A DNA stretch of 64,000 nt, taken from Eledone cirrhosa (taxonomy: Eukaryota). The position numbers were made by a program, and so were the translations under genes. Position 1 is the first letter of the stretch; each line of letters starts with the position of its first letter. The stretch spans positions 43,524,001 to 43,588,000 of the forward strand of contig OZ024747.1 in assembly GCA_964016885.1 (NCBI GenBank), read 5' to 3'. Positions 32,501-44,800 of this stretch are shown piece after piece. Below the pieces are notes generated by a model, which saw nothing but the letters and a program-made list of their open reading frames with translations, made no database searches and had not been told where the DNA came from.

Positions 32501-34750
32501 GTAGAGTAGTGTAATGAAGTGTAATTTAATGTAGTGTAATGTAGTGTAATGTAGTGTAGTGTAATGTAGTGTAATGTAGTGTAATGTAGTGTAATATAGT
32601 GTAGTGTAATGTAGTGTAATGTAGTGTAGTGTAATGTAGTGTAATGAGGTGTAGTGTAATGTAGTGTAGTATAATGTAGAATAATGTAGTGTAGTGTAAT
32701 GTAGTGTAGTGTAATGGAGTGTAGTGTAATGTAATGTAGTGTAATGTAGTGTACTGTAGTGTAGTGTAATGTAGTGTAGTGTAATGTAGTGTAATGTAGT
32801 GTAATATAGTGTAGTTTTGTGTAGAGTAATGTAGTGTAATGTAGTGTAGTTTTGTGTAGTGTAATGTAGTGTAGTGTAATGTAGTGTAATGTAATGTAGT
32901 GTAATGTAGTGTAATGTAATGCAGTGTAGTGTAGTGTAGTGTAATGTAGTGTAGTGTAGTGTAATGTAGTGTATTGTAATGTATTGTAATGTAATATAGT
33001 GTAATGTAGTGTAGTGTAATTTAGTGTAGTGTAATGTAGTGTAATGTAAAGCAGTGTAGTGTAGTGTAATGTAGTGTAGTGTAGCATAATGTAGTGTGGT
33101 ATAGTGTAGCGTAAGGTAGTGTAGTGTAATGTAGTGTAGTGTAGTATAATGTAGTGTCGTTTTGTGTAATGTAGTGTAGTTTAATGTAGTGTAGTGTAGT
33201 GTAGTGTAGTGTAGTGTAGTGTAATGTAGTGTAATGTAATGTAATGTAGTGTAGTGTAATGTAGTTTAATGTAGTGTAATATAGTGTAGTGTAGTGTAAC
33301 GTAGTGTAGTGTAGTGTAGGGTAGTGTAATGTAGTGTAATGTAGAGTAATGTAGTGTACTGTAGTGTAGTTTTGTGTCGTGTAGTGTAATGCAGTGTAAT
33401 GTAGTGTAGTGTAGAGGAGTGTAATGTAGTGAAATGTAGTGTAGTGTAATGTAGTGTAGTGTAATGTAGTGTAATGTAATGCAGTTTTGTATAGTCTAAT
33501 GTAGTGTAGTAGAGTGTAATGTATTGTAGTGTAATGTAGTGTAATGTAGTGTAATGCAGTGTAATGTAGTGTAATGTAATGTAGTGTAATGTAATGTAGT
33601 GTAATGTAGTGTAGTGTAATATAGTGTAATGTAGTGTATTGTAATGTAGTGTAATGTAGTGTAGTGTAATGTAGTGTAGTGTAGTGTAGTATAATCTAGT
33701 GTAGTGTAATATAATGTAGTGTAATGTAGTGTAATGCAGTGTAGTTTTGTCTAGTGTAATGTAGTGTAATGTTGTGTAGTTTTGTGTAGTTTAACGTAGT
33801 GTAATGTAGTGTAGTATAATGTAGTGTAGTGTAATGTAATGTAGTGTAATGTAGTGTAGTGTAATGTAGTGTAGTGTAATGCAGTGTAATGTAGTGTAAT
33901 GTAATGTAGTGTAATGTAGTGTAATGCAGTGTAATTTAGTGTAGTGTAACGTAGTGTAGTGTAGTGTAATGTAGTGTAATGTAGTGTAGTGTAATGTAGT
34001 GTAGTGTAATTTAGTGTCATGTAATGTAGTATAATCTAGTGTAGTATAAGGTAGTGTAGTGTAATGTAGTGTCGTGTAATGTAGTGTAGTGTAATATAAT
34101 GTAGTGTAATGTAGTGTAATGCAGTGTAGTTTTGTGTAGTGTAATGTAGTGTAATGTAGTCTAACGTAGTGTAGTGTAATGTAGTGTAGTGTAATGTAGT
34201 GTAATGTACTGTAGTGTAATGTAGTGTAATGTAATGTAGTGTAATGTAGTGTAGTGTAGTGTAATGTAGTGTAATGTAGTGTAGTGTAATGTATTGTAGT
34301 GTAGTGTAGTGTAGTGTAATGTAGTGTAATATAGTGTAATGTAGTGTAGTGTAATGTAGTATAATATAGTGTAATATAGTGTAATGTAGTGTAGTTTTGT
34401 GTTGTGAAGTGTAATGCAGTGTAATGTAGTGAAATGTAATGTAGTGTAGTGTAATGTAGTGTAATGTAGTGTAGTGTAATATAGTGTAGTGTAGTGTAAT
34501 GCAGTGTAATGTAGTGTAGTTTTGTGTAGTGTAATGTAGTGTAGTGTAGTGAAATGTAGTGTAATGTAGTGTAAGGTAGTGTAGTTTTGTGTAGTGTAAT
34601 GTAGAGTTGTGTAGTGTAGTATAATGTAGTGTAATGTAGTATAGTGTAATGTAGTGTAATGTAAAGCAGTGTAATGTAGTGTAAATCAGTGTAGTGTAGT
34701 GTAGTGTAATGTAGTGTATAGTAGCATAATGTAGTGTTGTATAGTGTAGT

Positions 34751-34877
34751 ACAGGATAGTATAGTGTAGTGCAACACTGTTACTAAGTAAGAAGTAGTCT
34801 AAATTGGACAGGAGTTGTCTTCCAACATCTCACTCTCTATAAATATATGTAGCACTGCCATAGCATGGTTCATGATA
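34751..34877. repeat. Satellite island copy 2 (type A)
   Basis: Nearly identical to copy 1. Confidence 0.95.
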
Positions 34878-35479
34878 GTAGAGTAGTGTAATGAAGTGTA
34901 ATTTAATGTAGTGTAATGTAGTGTAATGTAGTGTAGTGTAATGTAGTGTAATGTAGTGTAATATAGTGTAGTGTAATGTAGTGTAATGTAGTGTAGTGTA
35001 ATGTAGTGTAATGAGGTGTAGTGTAATGTAGTGTAGTATAATGTAGAATAATGTAGTGTAGTGTAATGTAGTGTAGTGTAATGGAGTGTAGTGTAATGTA
35101 ATGTAGTGTAATGTAGTGTACTGTAGTGTAGTGTAGTGTAATGTAGTGTAGTGTAATGTAGTGTAATGTAGTGTAATATAGTGTAGTTTTGTGTAGAGTA
35201 ATGTAGTGTAATGTAGTGTAGTTTTGTGTAGTGTAATGTAGTGTAGTGTAATGTAGTGTAATGTAATGTAGTGTAATGTAGTGTAATGTAATGCAGTGTA
35301 GTGTAGTGTAGTGTAATGTAGTGTAGTGTAATGTAGTGTATTGTAATGTATTGTAATGTAATATAGTGTAATGTAGTGTAGTGTAATTTAGTGTAGTGTA
35401 ATGTAGTGTAATATAGTGTAATGTAGTGTAATATAGTGTAATGTAGTGTAGTTTTGTGTCGTGTAGTGTAATGCAGTGT

Positions 35480-38400
35480 AATGTAGTGTAGTGTAGTGTA
35501 GTGTAATACTGTAGTTTTGTGTAGTGTAATGTAGTGTAATGTAGTGTAGTTTTGTGTAGTGCAATGTAGTGTTGTGTAGTGTAATGTAGTGTAGTGAAAT
35601 GTAGTGTAATGTAGCGTAGTAAAATGTAGTGTAGTGTAATTTAGTGTAATGTAGTGTATTGTAATATAATGTAGTGTAATGTAGTTTAGTGTAGTGTAGT
35701 GTAGTGTAGTGTAGTCTAGTGTAGTGTAGTGTAGTGTAATGTAGTGTAGTGTAATGTAGTGTAATGTAGTGTAATATAGTGTAGTGTAATGTAGTGTAAT
35801 GTAGTGTAATGTAGTGTAATGTAGTGTAGTGTAATGTAGTGTAGTGTAATGTAGTGTAATGTAGTTTTGTGTAGTGTAATGAAGTATAATGTAGTGTAGT
35901 GTAATGTAGTGTAGCGTAGTGTAATGTAGTGTAATATAGTGTAATGTATTGTAGTTTTGTCTAGTATAATATAGTGTAATGTAGTGTAATATTGTGTAAT
36001 GTATTGTAATGTAGTGTAGTTTTGTATGGTGTAGTGTAATGCAGTGTAATGTAGTGTAGTGTAATGCAGTGTAGTTTTGTGTAATGTAATGTAATGTAGT
36101 GTAGTGTAATGTAGTGTAATGTAATGTAGTGTAGTGTAATGTAGTGTAATGTACTGTAATGTAGTGTAATGGAGTGTAATGGAGTGTAGTGTAGTGTAAT
36201 GTAGTGTAACGTAGTGTAGTGTAGGGTAGTGTAATGTAGTGTAATGTAGATTAATGTAGCGTAATGTAGAGTAGTTTTGTGTCGTGTAGTGTAATGCAGT
36301 GTAATGTAGTGTAGTGTCGTGTAATAGTGTAGTTTTGTGTAGTATAATGTAGTGTAATGTAGTGTAGTTTTGTGTAGTGCAATGTAGTGTTGTATAGTGT
36401 AATGTAGCGTAGTGAAATGTAGTGTAGTGTAATGTAGTGTAATGTAGTGTAGTGTAATATAATGTAGTGTAATGTAGTGTAATGTAGTGTAGTGTAATGT
36501 AGTGTAGTGTAATGTCGTGTAACGTAGTGTAATATAGTGTAGTGTAATGTACTTTAATGTAGTGTAGTGTAATGTATTGTAATGTAGTGTAGTGTAATGT
36601 AGTGTAATGTAGTGTAGTTTTCTCTAGTGTAGTGTAATGTAGTGTAGTGTAATGTAGTGTAATGTAGCGTAATGTAGCGTAGTGTAGTGTAATGGAGTGT
36701 AGTGTAATACAATGTAGTGTAGTGTAATTTAGTGTAGTGTAGTGTAGTGTAGTGTAGTGTAGTGTAGTGTAGTGTAGTGTAGTGTAGTGTAGTGTAGTGT
36801 AGTGTAGTGTAGTGTAGTGTAGTGTAGTGTAGTGTAGTGTAGTGTAATGCAGTGCAATGTAGTGTAGTGTAGTGTAATGTACTGAAATGTAGTGCAATGT
36901 AGTGTAATGTATTGTAGTGTAATGTAGTGTAATGTAGTGTAGTGTAACATAGTGTAATGTAGTGTAGTGTAATGTAGTGTAATGTAGTGTAGTGTAATGT
37001 AGTATAGTGTAATGTAGTGTAGTGTAATTTAGTGCAGTGTAATGTAATATAGTGTAATGTGGTGTAATGTGGTGTTGTTTTGTGTAGTCTAATGTAGTGT
37101 AGTGTAATGTAGTGTAATGTAGTGTAATGTAGTGTAATGTATTGTGATATAGTGTATTGTAATGTAGTGTAATGTAGTGTAGTGTAATGTAGTGTAGTGT
37201 AATGTACTGTAATGTAGTGTAATGTAGTGCAGTGTAATGTAGTGTAATGTAGTGTAGTTTTGTGTAGTGAAATGTATTGTAGTGTAATGTACTGTAACGT
37301 AGTGTAGTTTTGTGTAGTGTAGTGTAATGTAGTTTAATGTATTGTAATATAGTGTAGTGTAGTGTAGTGTAATGTAGTTTAGTGTAGTGTAGTGTAGTGT
37401 AATGTAGAGTAATATAGTGTAGTGTAGTGTAGTGTAATGTAGTGTAATGTAGTGTAGTGTAATGTATTGTAATGTAGTGTAATGTAGTGTACTGTAGTGT
37501 AGTTTTGTGTAACGTAGTGTAATGTAGTGTAATGTAGCGTAGTGTAGTGTAATGTAGTGTAGTGTAATGTAGTGTAGAGTAATTTAGTGTAATGTAGTGT
37601 AATGTAGTGTAGTTTTGTGTAGTGTAATCTAGTCTAGTGTAATGTAGTGTAGTGTAATGTAGTGTAATGTAGTGTAATGTAGTGTAGTTTTCTGTAGTGT
37701 AGTGTAATGTAGTGTAGTGTAATGTAGTGTAATGTAGTGTAACGTAGTTTAGATTTGTGTAATATAGTGTAATGTAGTGTAATGCAGTGTAATGTAGTGT
37801 AGTGTAGTGTAGTGTAATACTGTAGTTTTGTGTAGTGTAATGTAGTGTAATGTAGTGTAGTTTTGTGTAGTGCAATGTAGTGTTGTGTAGTGTAATGTAG
37901 TGTAGTGAAATGTAGTGTAATGTAGCGTAGTAAAATGTAGTGTAGTGTAATTTAGTGTAATGTAGTGTATTGTAATATAATGTAGTGTAATGTAGTTTAG
38001 TGTAGTGTAGTGTAGTGTAGTGTAGTCTAGTGTAGTGTAGTGTAGTGTAATGTAGTGTAGTGTAATGTAGTGTAATGTAGTGTAATATAGTGTAGTGTAA
38101 TGTAGTGTAATGTAGTGTAATGTAGTGTAATGTAGTGTAGTGTAATGTAGTGTAGTGTAATGTAGTGTAATGTAGTTTTGTGTAGTGTAATGAAGTATAA
38201 TGTAGTGTAGTGTAATGTAGTGTAGCGTAGTGTAATGTAGTGTAATATAGTGTAATGTATTGTAGTTTTGTCTAGTATAATATAGTGTAATGTAGTGTAA
38301 TATTGTGTAATGTATTGTAATGTAGTGTAGTTTTGTATGGTGTAGTGTAATGCAGTGTAATGTAGTGTAGTGTAATGCAGTGTAGTTTTGTGTAATGTAA

Positions 38401-40085
38401 TGTAATGTAGTGTAGTGTAATGTAGTGTAATGTAATGTAGTGTAGTGTAATGTAGTGTAATGTACTGTAATGTAGTGTAATGGAGTGTAATGGAGTGTAG
38501 TGTAGTGTAATGTAGTGTAACGTAGTGTAGTGTAGGGTAGTGTAATGTAGTGTAATGTAGATTAATGTAGCGTAATGTAGAGTAGTTTTGTGTCGTGTAG
38601 TGTAATGCAGTGTAATGTAGTGTAGTGTCGTGTAATAGTGTAGTTTTGTGTAGTATAATGTAGTGTAATGTAGTGTAGTTTTGTGTAGTGCAATGTAGTG
38701 TTGTATAGTGTAATGTAGCGTAGTGAAATGTAGTGTAGTGTAATGTAGTGTAATGTAGTGTAGTGTAATATAATGTAGTGTAATGTAGTGTAATGTAGTG
38801 TAGTGTAATGTAGTGTAGTGTAATGTCGTGTAACGTAGTGTAATATAGTGTAGTGTAATGTACTTTAATGTAGTGTAGTGTAATGTATTGTAATGTAGTG
38901 TAGTGTAATGTAGTGTAATGTAGTGTAGTTTTCTCTAGTGTAGTGTAATGTAGTGTAGTGTAATGTAGTGTAATGTAGCGTAATGTAGCGTAGTGTAGTG
39001 TAATGGAGTGTAGTGTAATACAATGTAGTGTAGTGTAATTTAGTGTAGTGTAGTGTAGTGTAGTGTAGTGTAGTGTAGTGTAGTGTAGTGTAGTGTAGTG
39101 TAGTGTAGTGTAGTGTAGTGTAGTGTAGTGTAGTGTAGTGTAGTGTAGTGTAATGCAGTGTAATGTAGTGTAGTGTAGTGTAATGTACTGAAATGTAGTG
39201 CAATGTAGTGTAATGTATTGTAGTGTAATGTAGTGTAATGTAGTGTAGTGTAACATAGTGTAATGTAGTGTAGTGTAATGTAGTGTAATGTAGTGTAGTG
39301 TAATGTAGTATAGTGTAATGTAGTGTAGTGTAATTTAGTGCAGTGTAATGTAATATAGTGTAATGTGGTGTAATGTGGTGTTGTTTTGTGTAGTCTAATG
39401 TAGTGTAGTGTAATGTAGTGTAATGTAGTGTAATGTAGTGTAATGTATTGTGATATAGTGTATTGTAATGTAGTGTAATGTAGTGTAGTGTAATGTAGTG
39501 TAGTGTAATGTACTGTAATGTAGTGTAATGTAGTGCAGTGTAATGTAGTGTAATGTAGTGTAGTTTTGTGTAGTGAAATGTATTGTAGTGTAATGTACTG
39601 TAACGTAGTGTAGTTTTGTGTAGTGTAGTGTAATGTAGTTTAATGTATTGTAATATAGTGTAGTGTAGTGTAGTGTAATGTAGTTTAGTGTAGTGTAGTG
39701 TAGTGTAATGTAGAGTAATATAGTGTAGTGTAGTGTAGTGTAATGTAGTGTAATGTAGTGTAGTGTAATGTATTGTAATGTAGTGTAATGTAGTGTACTG
39801 TAGTGTAGTTTTGTGTAACGTAGTGTAATGTAGTGTAATGTAGCGTAGTGTAGTGTAATGTAGTGTAGTGTAATGTAGTGTAGAGTAATTTAGTGTAATG
39901 TAGTGTAATGTAGTGTAGTTTTGTGTAGTGTAATCTAGTCTAGTGTAATGTAGTGTAGTGTAATGTAGTGTAATGTAGTGTAATGTAGTGTAGTTTTCTG
40001 TAGTGTAGTGTAATGTAGTGTAGTGTAATGTAGTGTAATGTAGTGTAACGTAGTTTAGATTTGTGTAATATAGTGTAATGTAGTG
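35480..40085. repeat. Higher-order tandem duplication, unit ~2.31 kb
   Basis: GTAATACTGTAG at ~35503 and ~37814; TTTCTCTAG at ~36619 and ~38930; AGATTTGTG at 37751 and 40057. Confidence 0.9.
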
Positions 40086-41719
40086 TAATGTAGCGTAATG
40101 TAGCGTAGTGTAGTGTAATGGAGTGTAGTGTAGTGTAATGTAGTGTAGTGTAACGTAGTGTAATGTAGTGTAGTGTAATGCAGTGTAATGTAATGTAGTG
40201 TAATGTAATGTAATGTAGTGTAGTGTAATGTAGTGTAGTGTAGTGTAATGTAGTGTAATGTAGTGTAGTGTAGTGTAGTGTAGTGTAGTGTAGTGTAGTG
40301 TAGTGTAGTGTAGTGTAGTGTAGTGTAGTGTAGTGTAGTGTAGTGTAGTGTAGTGTAGTGTAGTGTGGTGTGGTGTAGTGTAGTGTAGTGTAGTGTAATG
40401 TAATGTAATGTAGTGTAATGTAGTATAATGTAGTGTAGTGTAATGTAGTGTAGTGTAATGTAGTGTAATGTAATGTAGTGTAGTGTAGTATAATGTAGTG
40501 TAATGTAGTGTAATTTAGTTTAGTGTAATGTATTGTAGTGTAATGTAGTGTAACGTAGTGTAGTGTAATATAATGTAGTGTAGTGTAATGTAGAGTAATT
40601 TAGTGTAATATAGTGTAGTTTTCTGTCGTGTAGTGTAATGCAGTGTAATGTAGTGTAGTGTAGTGTAATGTAGTGAAATGTAGTGTAATGTAGTGTAATG
40701 TATTGTAGTGTAATGTAGTGTAATGTAGTGCAATGTAGTGTAGTGTAATGTAGTGTTGTGTAATATAGTGTAATGTAGTGTAGTGTAATGTAGTGTAATG
40801 TAGTGTAATGTAGTGTAATGTAGTCTGATGTAATGTAGTGTAATGTAATGTAGAGTATTGTAGTGTAGTGTAATGTAATGTAATGCAGTGTAGTTTAATG
40901 TATTGTAATGTAGTGTAGTGTAATGTAATGTGTTGTAATGTAGTGTGATGTGGTGTAGTTTTGTGTAGTGTAATGTAGTGTAGTGTAATGTAGTGTAATG
41001 TAGTCTAAAGTAGTGTAGTGTAGTGTAATGTAGTGTAGTGTAGTGTAGTGTAGTGTAGTGTAGTGTAGTGTAGTGTAGTGTAGTGTAGTGTAGTGTAGTG
41101 TAGTGTAATGTAGAGTAATATAGTGTAGTGTAATGGAGTGTAATGTAGTGTAATGTAGTGTAGTGTAATGTAGTGTAATGTAGTGTAGTGTAATGTAGTG
41201 TAATATTGTGTAATGTAGTGTAATGTAGTCTAGTTTTGTGTAATGTATTGTGATGTAGTGTAATGTAGCGTAGTGTAGTGTAATGTAGTGTAGTGTAATT
41301 TAGAGTAATGTAGTGTAATGTAGTGTAATGTAGTGTAATGTAGTGTAGAGTAATATAGTGTAATGTAGTGTAATGTAGTGTAGTTTTGTTTAGTTTAATG
41401 TATTGTAGTGTAATGTATTGTAGTGTAGTGTAGTATAATGTAGTGTAGTTTTGTGTAGTGTAATGTAGTGTAGTGTAATGTAGTGTTATGTAGTGTAATG
41501 CAGTGTAATGTAGTGTAATGTAGTGTAGTGTAATGTAGTGTAATGTAGTGTAATGTAGTATAATGTAGTGTAAAGTAGTATAGTGAAATGTAGTGTAATA
41601 TAAAGCAGAGTAGTGTAGTGTAGTGTAAATTAATGTAGTGTAGTGTAGTGCAAATCAGTGTAGTGTAGTGTAGTATAATGTAGTGTATAGAAGCATAATA
41701 TAGTGTTGTATAGTGTAGT

Positions 41720-41846
41720 ACAGGATAGTATAGTGTAGTGCAACACTGTTACTAAATAAGATGTAGTTTAAATTAGACAGGAGTTGTTTTCCACCATATC
41801 ACTCTCTATATATATATGTAGCACTACCATAGCATGGTTCATGATA
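41720..41846. repeat. Satellite island copy 3 (type B)
   Basis: Same length; diagnostic AAATAAGATG, AGACAGG, CATATC and CTACC variants. Confidence 0.95.
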
Positions 41847-44800
41847 GCAGAGTAGTGTAATGTAGTGTAATGTAATGTAGTGTAATGTAGTGTAATGTAG
41901 TGTATTGTAATGTAGTGTAATGTTTGTGTAGTGTAATGTAGTGTAGTGTAAAGTAGTGTAATGTAATGTAGTTTAATGTAGTGTAATGTAGTGTAATGTA
42001 GTGTAATGAGAGCGTAGTGTAGTGTAGTGTAGTTTAATATAGTGTTTTGTAATGTAGTGTAATGTAGTGTAATGTAGTGGAAATTAGTGTAATGTGTAAT
42101 GTAATGTAGTGTAGTGAAATGTAGTGTAATGAAGTGTAGTGTAATGAAGTGTAATGTAGAATAATCTAGTGTAGTGTAAGGTAGTGTAGTGTAATGTAGT
42201 GTAGTGTAATATAATGTAGTGTAATGTAGTGTAATGCAGTGTAGTTTTGTCTAGTGTAATGTAGTGTAATGTAGTGTAGTTTTGTGTAGTGTAACGTAGT
42301 GTAATGTAGTGTAGTGTAATGTAGTGTAGTGTAATGGAGTGTAGTGTAATATAATGTAGTGTAATGTAGTGTAGTGTAGTGTAGTGTAGTGTAGTGTAGT
42401 GTAGTGTAATGTAGTGTAATGTAGTGTAATAAAGTGTAGTTTTGTGTAATATAGTGTAGTTTTGTGTAGTGTAATGTAGTGTAATGTAATGTAGTGTAAT
42501 GTAGTGTAATGTAATGCAGTGTATTGTAATGTATTGTAATGTAATGTAGTGTAATGTAGTGTAGTGTAATTTAGTGTAATGTAATGTAGTGTAATATAGT
42601 GTAATGTAGTGTAGTTTTGTGTCGTGTAGTGTAATGCAGTGTAATGTAGTGTAGTGTAATAGTGTAGTTTTGTGTAGTGTAATGTAGTGTAATGTAATGT
42701 AGTTTTGTGTAGTGCAATGTCGTGTTGTGTAGTTTAATGTAGCGTAGTGAAATGTAGTGTAATGTAGCGTAGTGAAATATAGTGTAGTGTAATGTAGTGT
42801 AATGTGGTGTAGTGTAATATAATGTAGTGTAATGTAGTGTAGTGTAGTGTAGTGTAGTGTAGTGTAGTGTAGTGTAGTGTAGTGTAGTGTAGTGTAGTGT
42901 AGTGTAGTGTAGTGTAGTGTAGTGTAGTGTAATGTCGTGTAATGTAGTGTAATATAGTGTAGTTTAATGTAGTGTAATGTAGTGTAATGTAGTGTAGTGT
43001 AATGTAGTGTAGTGTAATGTAGTGTAATGTATGTTGTGTAGTGTAATGAAGTATAATGTAGTGTAGTGTAATTTTAGTCCAGTGTAGTGTAGTGTAGTGT
43101 AATGTAGTGTAATGTAGTGTAATGTATTGTAGTTTTGTCTAGTGTAATGTAGTGTAATGTAGTGTAGTTTTGTGTAATGTAACGTAGTGTAATGTAGTGT
43201 AGTGTAATGTAGTGTAGTGTAATGTAATGTAGTGTAATGTAGTGTAATGTAGTTAGTGTAATGTAGTGTAATATAGTGTAATGTATTGTAGTGTAGTGTA
43301 GATTTGTATTGTGTAGTGTATTGTAGTTAGTGTAATGTAGTGTAATATAGTGTAATGTATTGTAGTGTAGTGTAGATTTGTATTGTGTAGTGTAATGTAG
43401 TGTAGTGTAATGTACTGTAGTTTTGTGTAATGTAATGTACTGTAGTGTAGTGTAATGTAGTGTAATGTAATGTAGTGTAGTGTAATGTAGTGTAATGTAG
43501 TGTAATGTAGTGTAATGGAGTGTAACGTAGTGTAGTGTAGGGTAGTGTAATGTAGTGTAATGTAGAGTAATGTAGTGTAATGTAGAGTAGTTATGTGTCG
43601 TGTAGTGTAATGCAGTGTAATGTAGTTAAGTGTAGTGTAATAGTGTAGTTATGTGTAGTGTAATGTAGTGTAATGTAGTGTAATGTAGTGTAGTTTTGTG
43701 TAGTGCAATGTAGTGTTGTGTAATGTAATGTAATGTAATGTAGTGAAATGTAGTGTAATGTAGCGTAGTGAAATGTAGTGTAGTGTAGTGTAATGTAGTG
43801 TAGTGTAATGTCGTGTAATGTAGTGTAATATAGGGTAGTGTAATTTAGTGTAATGTAGTGTAGTGTAATGTAGTGTAATGTAGTGTAGTGTAATGTAGTG
43901 TAGTCTAATGTAGTGAAATGTAGTGTTGTGTAGTGTAATGAAGTATAATGTAGTGTAGTGTAATGTAGCCCAGTGTAGTGTAATGTAGTGTAATATAGTG
44001 TAGGTTTGTGAAGTGTAACGTAGTGTAATGTAGTGTAGTGTAATGTAATGTAGTGTAATGTATTGTAGTGTAATGTAGTGTAATGTAGTTAGTGTAATGT
44101 AGTGTAATATAGTGTAGTTTTGTATTGTGTAGTGTAATGCAGTGTAATGTAGTGTAGTGTAATGTAGTGTAGTTTTGCGTAATGTAATGTAATGTAGTGT
44201 AGTGTAATGTAGTGTAGTGTAATGTAGTGTAGTGTAGTGTAGTGTAGTGTAGTGTAGTGTAGTGTAGTGTAGTGTAGTGTAGTGTAATGTAGTGTAATGT
44301 AATGTAGTGTAGTGTAATGTAGTGTAATGGAGTGTAGTGTAGTGTAATGTAGTGTAAAGTAGTGTAGTGTAGGGTAGTGTAATGTAGTGTAATGTAGAGT
44401 AATGTAGTGTAATGTAGAGTAGTTTTGTGTCGTGTAGTGTAATGCAGTGTAATGTAGTGTAGTGTAGTGTAATGTAGTGTAATGTAGTGAAATGTACTGT
44501 AGTGTAATGTAGTGTAGTGTAGTTTAATGTAGTGTAATGTAGTGTAAAGTAATTTAGTGTAATGAAGTGTAGTTTAATATAGAGTAATGTATTGTAATGT
44601 TGTGTAATGCAGTATAATGTAATGTAGTGTAATGTAGTGTAATGTAATGTAGTGTAATTTAGTGCAGTGTAATGTAGTGTAATATAGTGTAGTGTAATGT
44701 AGTGTAATGTAGTGTAGTGTAATATAGTGTAGTGTAATGTAGTGTAATGTAATGTAGTGTAATGTAATGTAGTGTAATGTAGTGTAGTGTAATGAAGTGT

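Larger units (their letters stand above)
30660..35410. repeat. Higher-order tandem duplication, unit ~2.38 kb
   Basis: GGTATAGTGTAGCGTAAGG at 30711 and 33098; island at 32374 and 34751. Confidence 0.9.
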
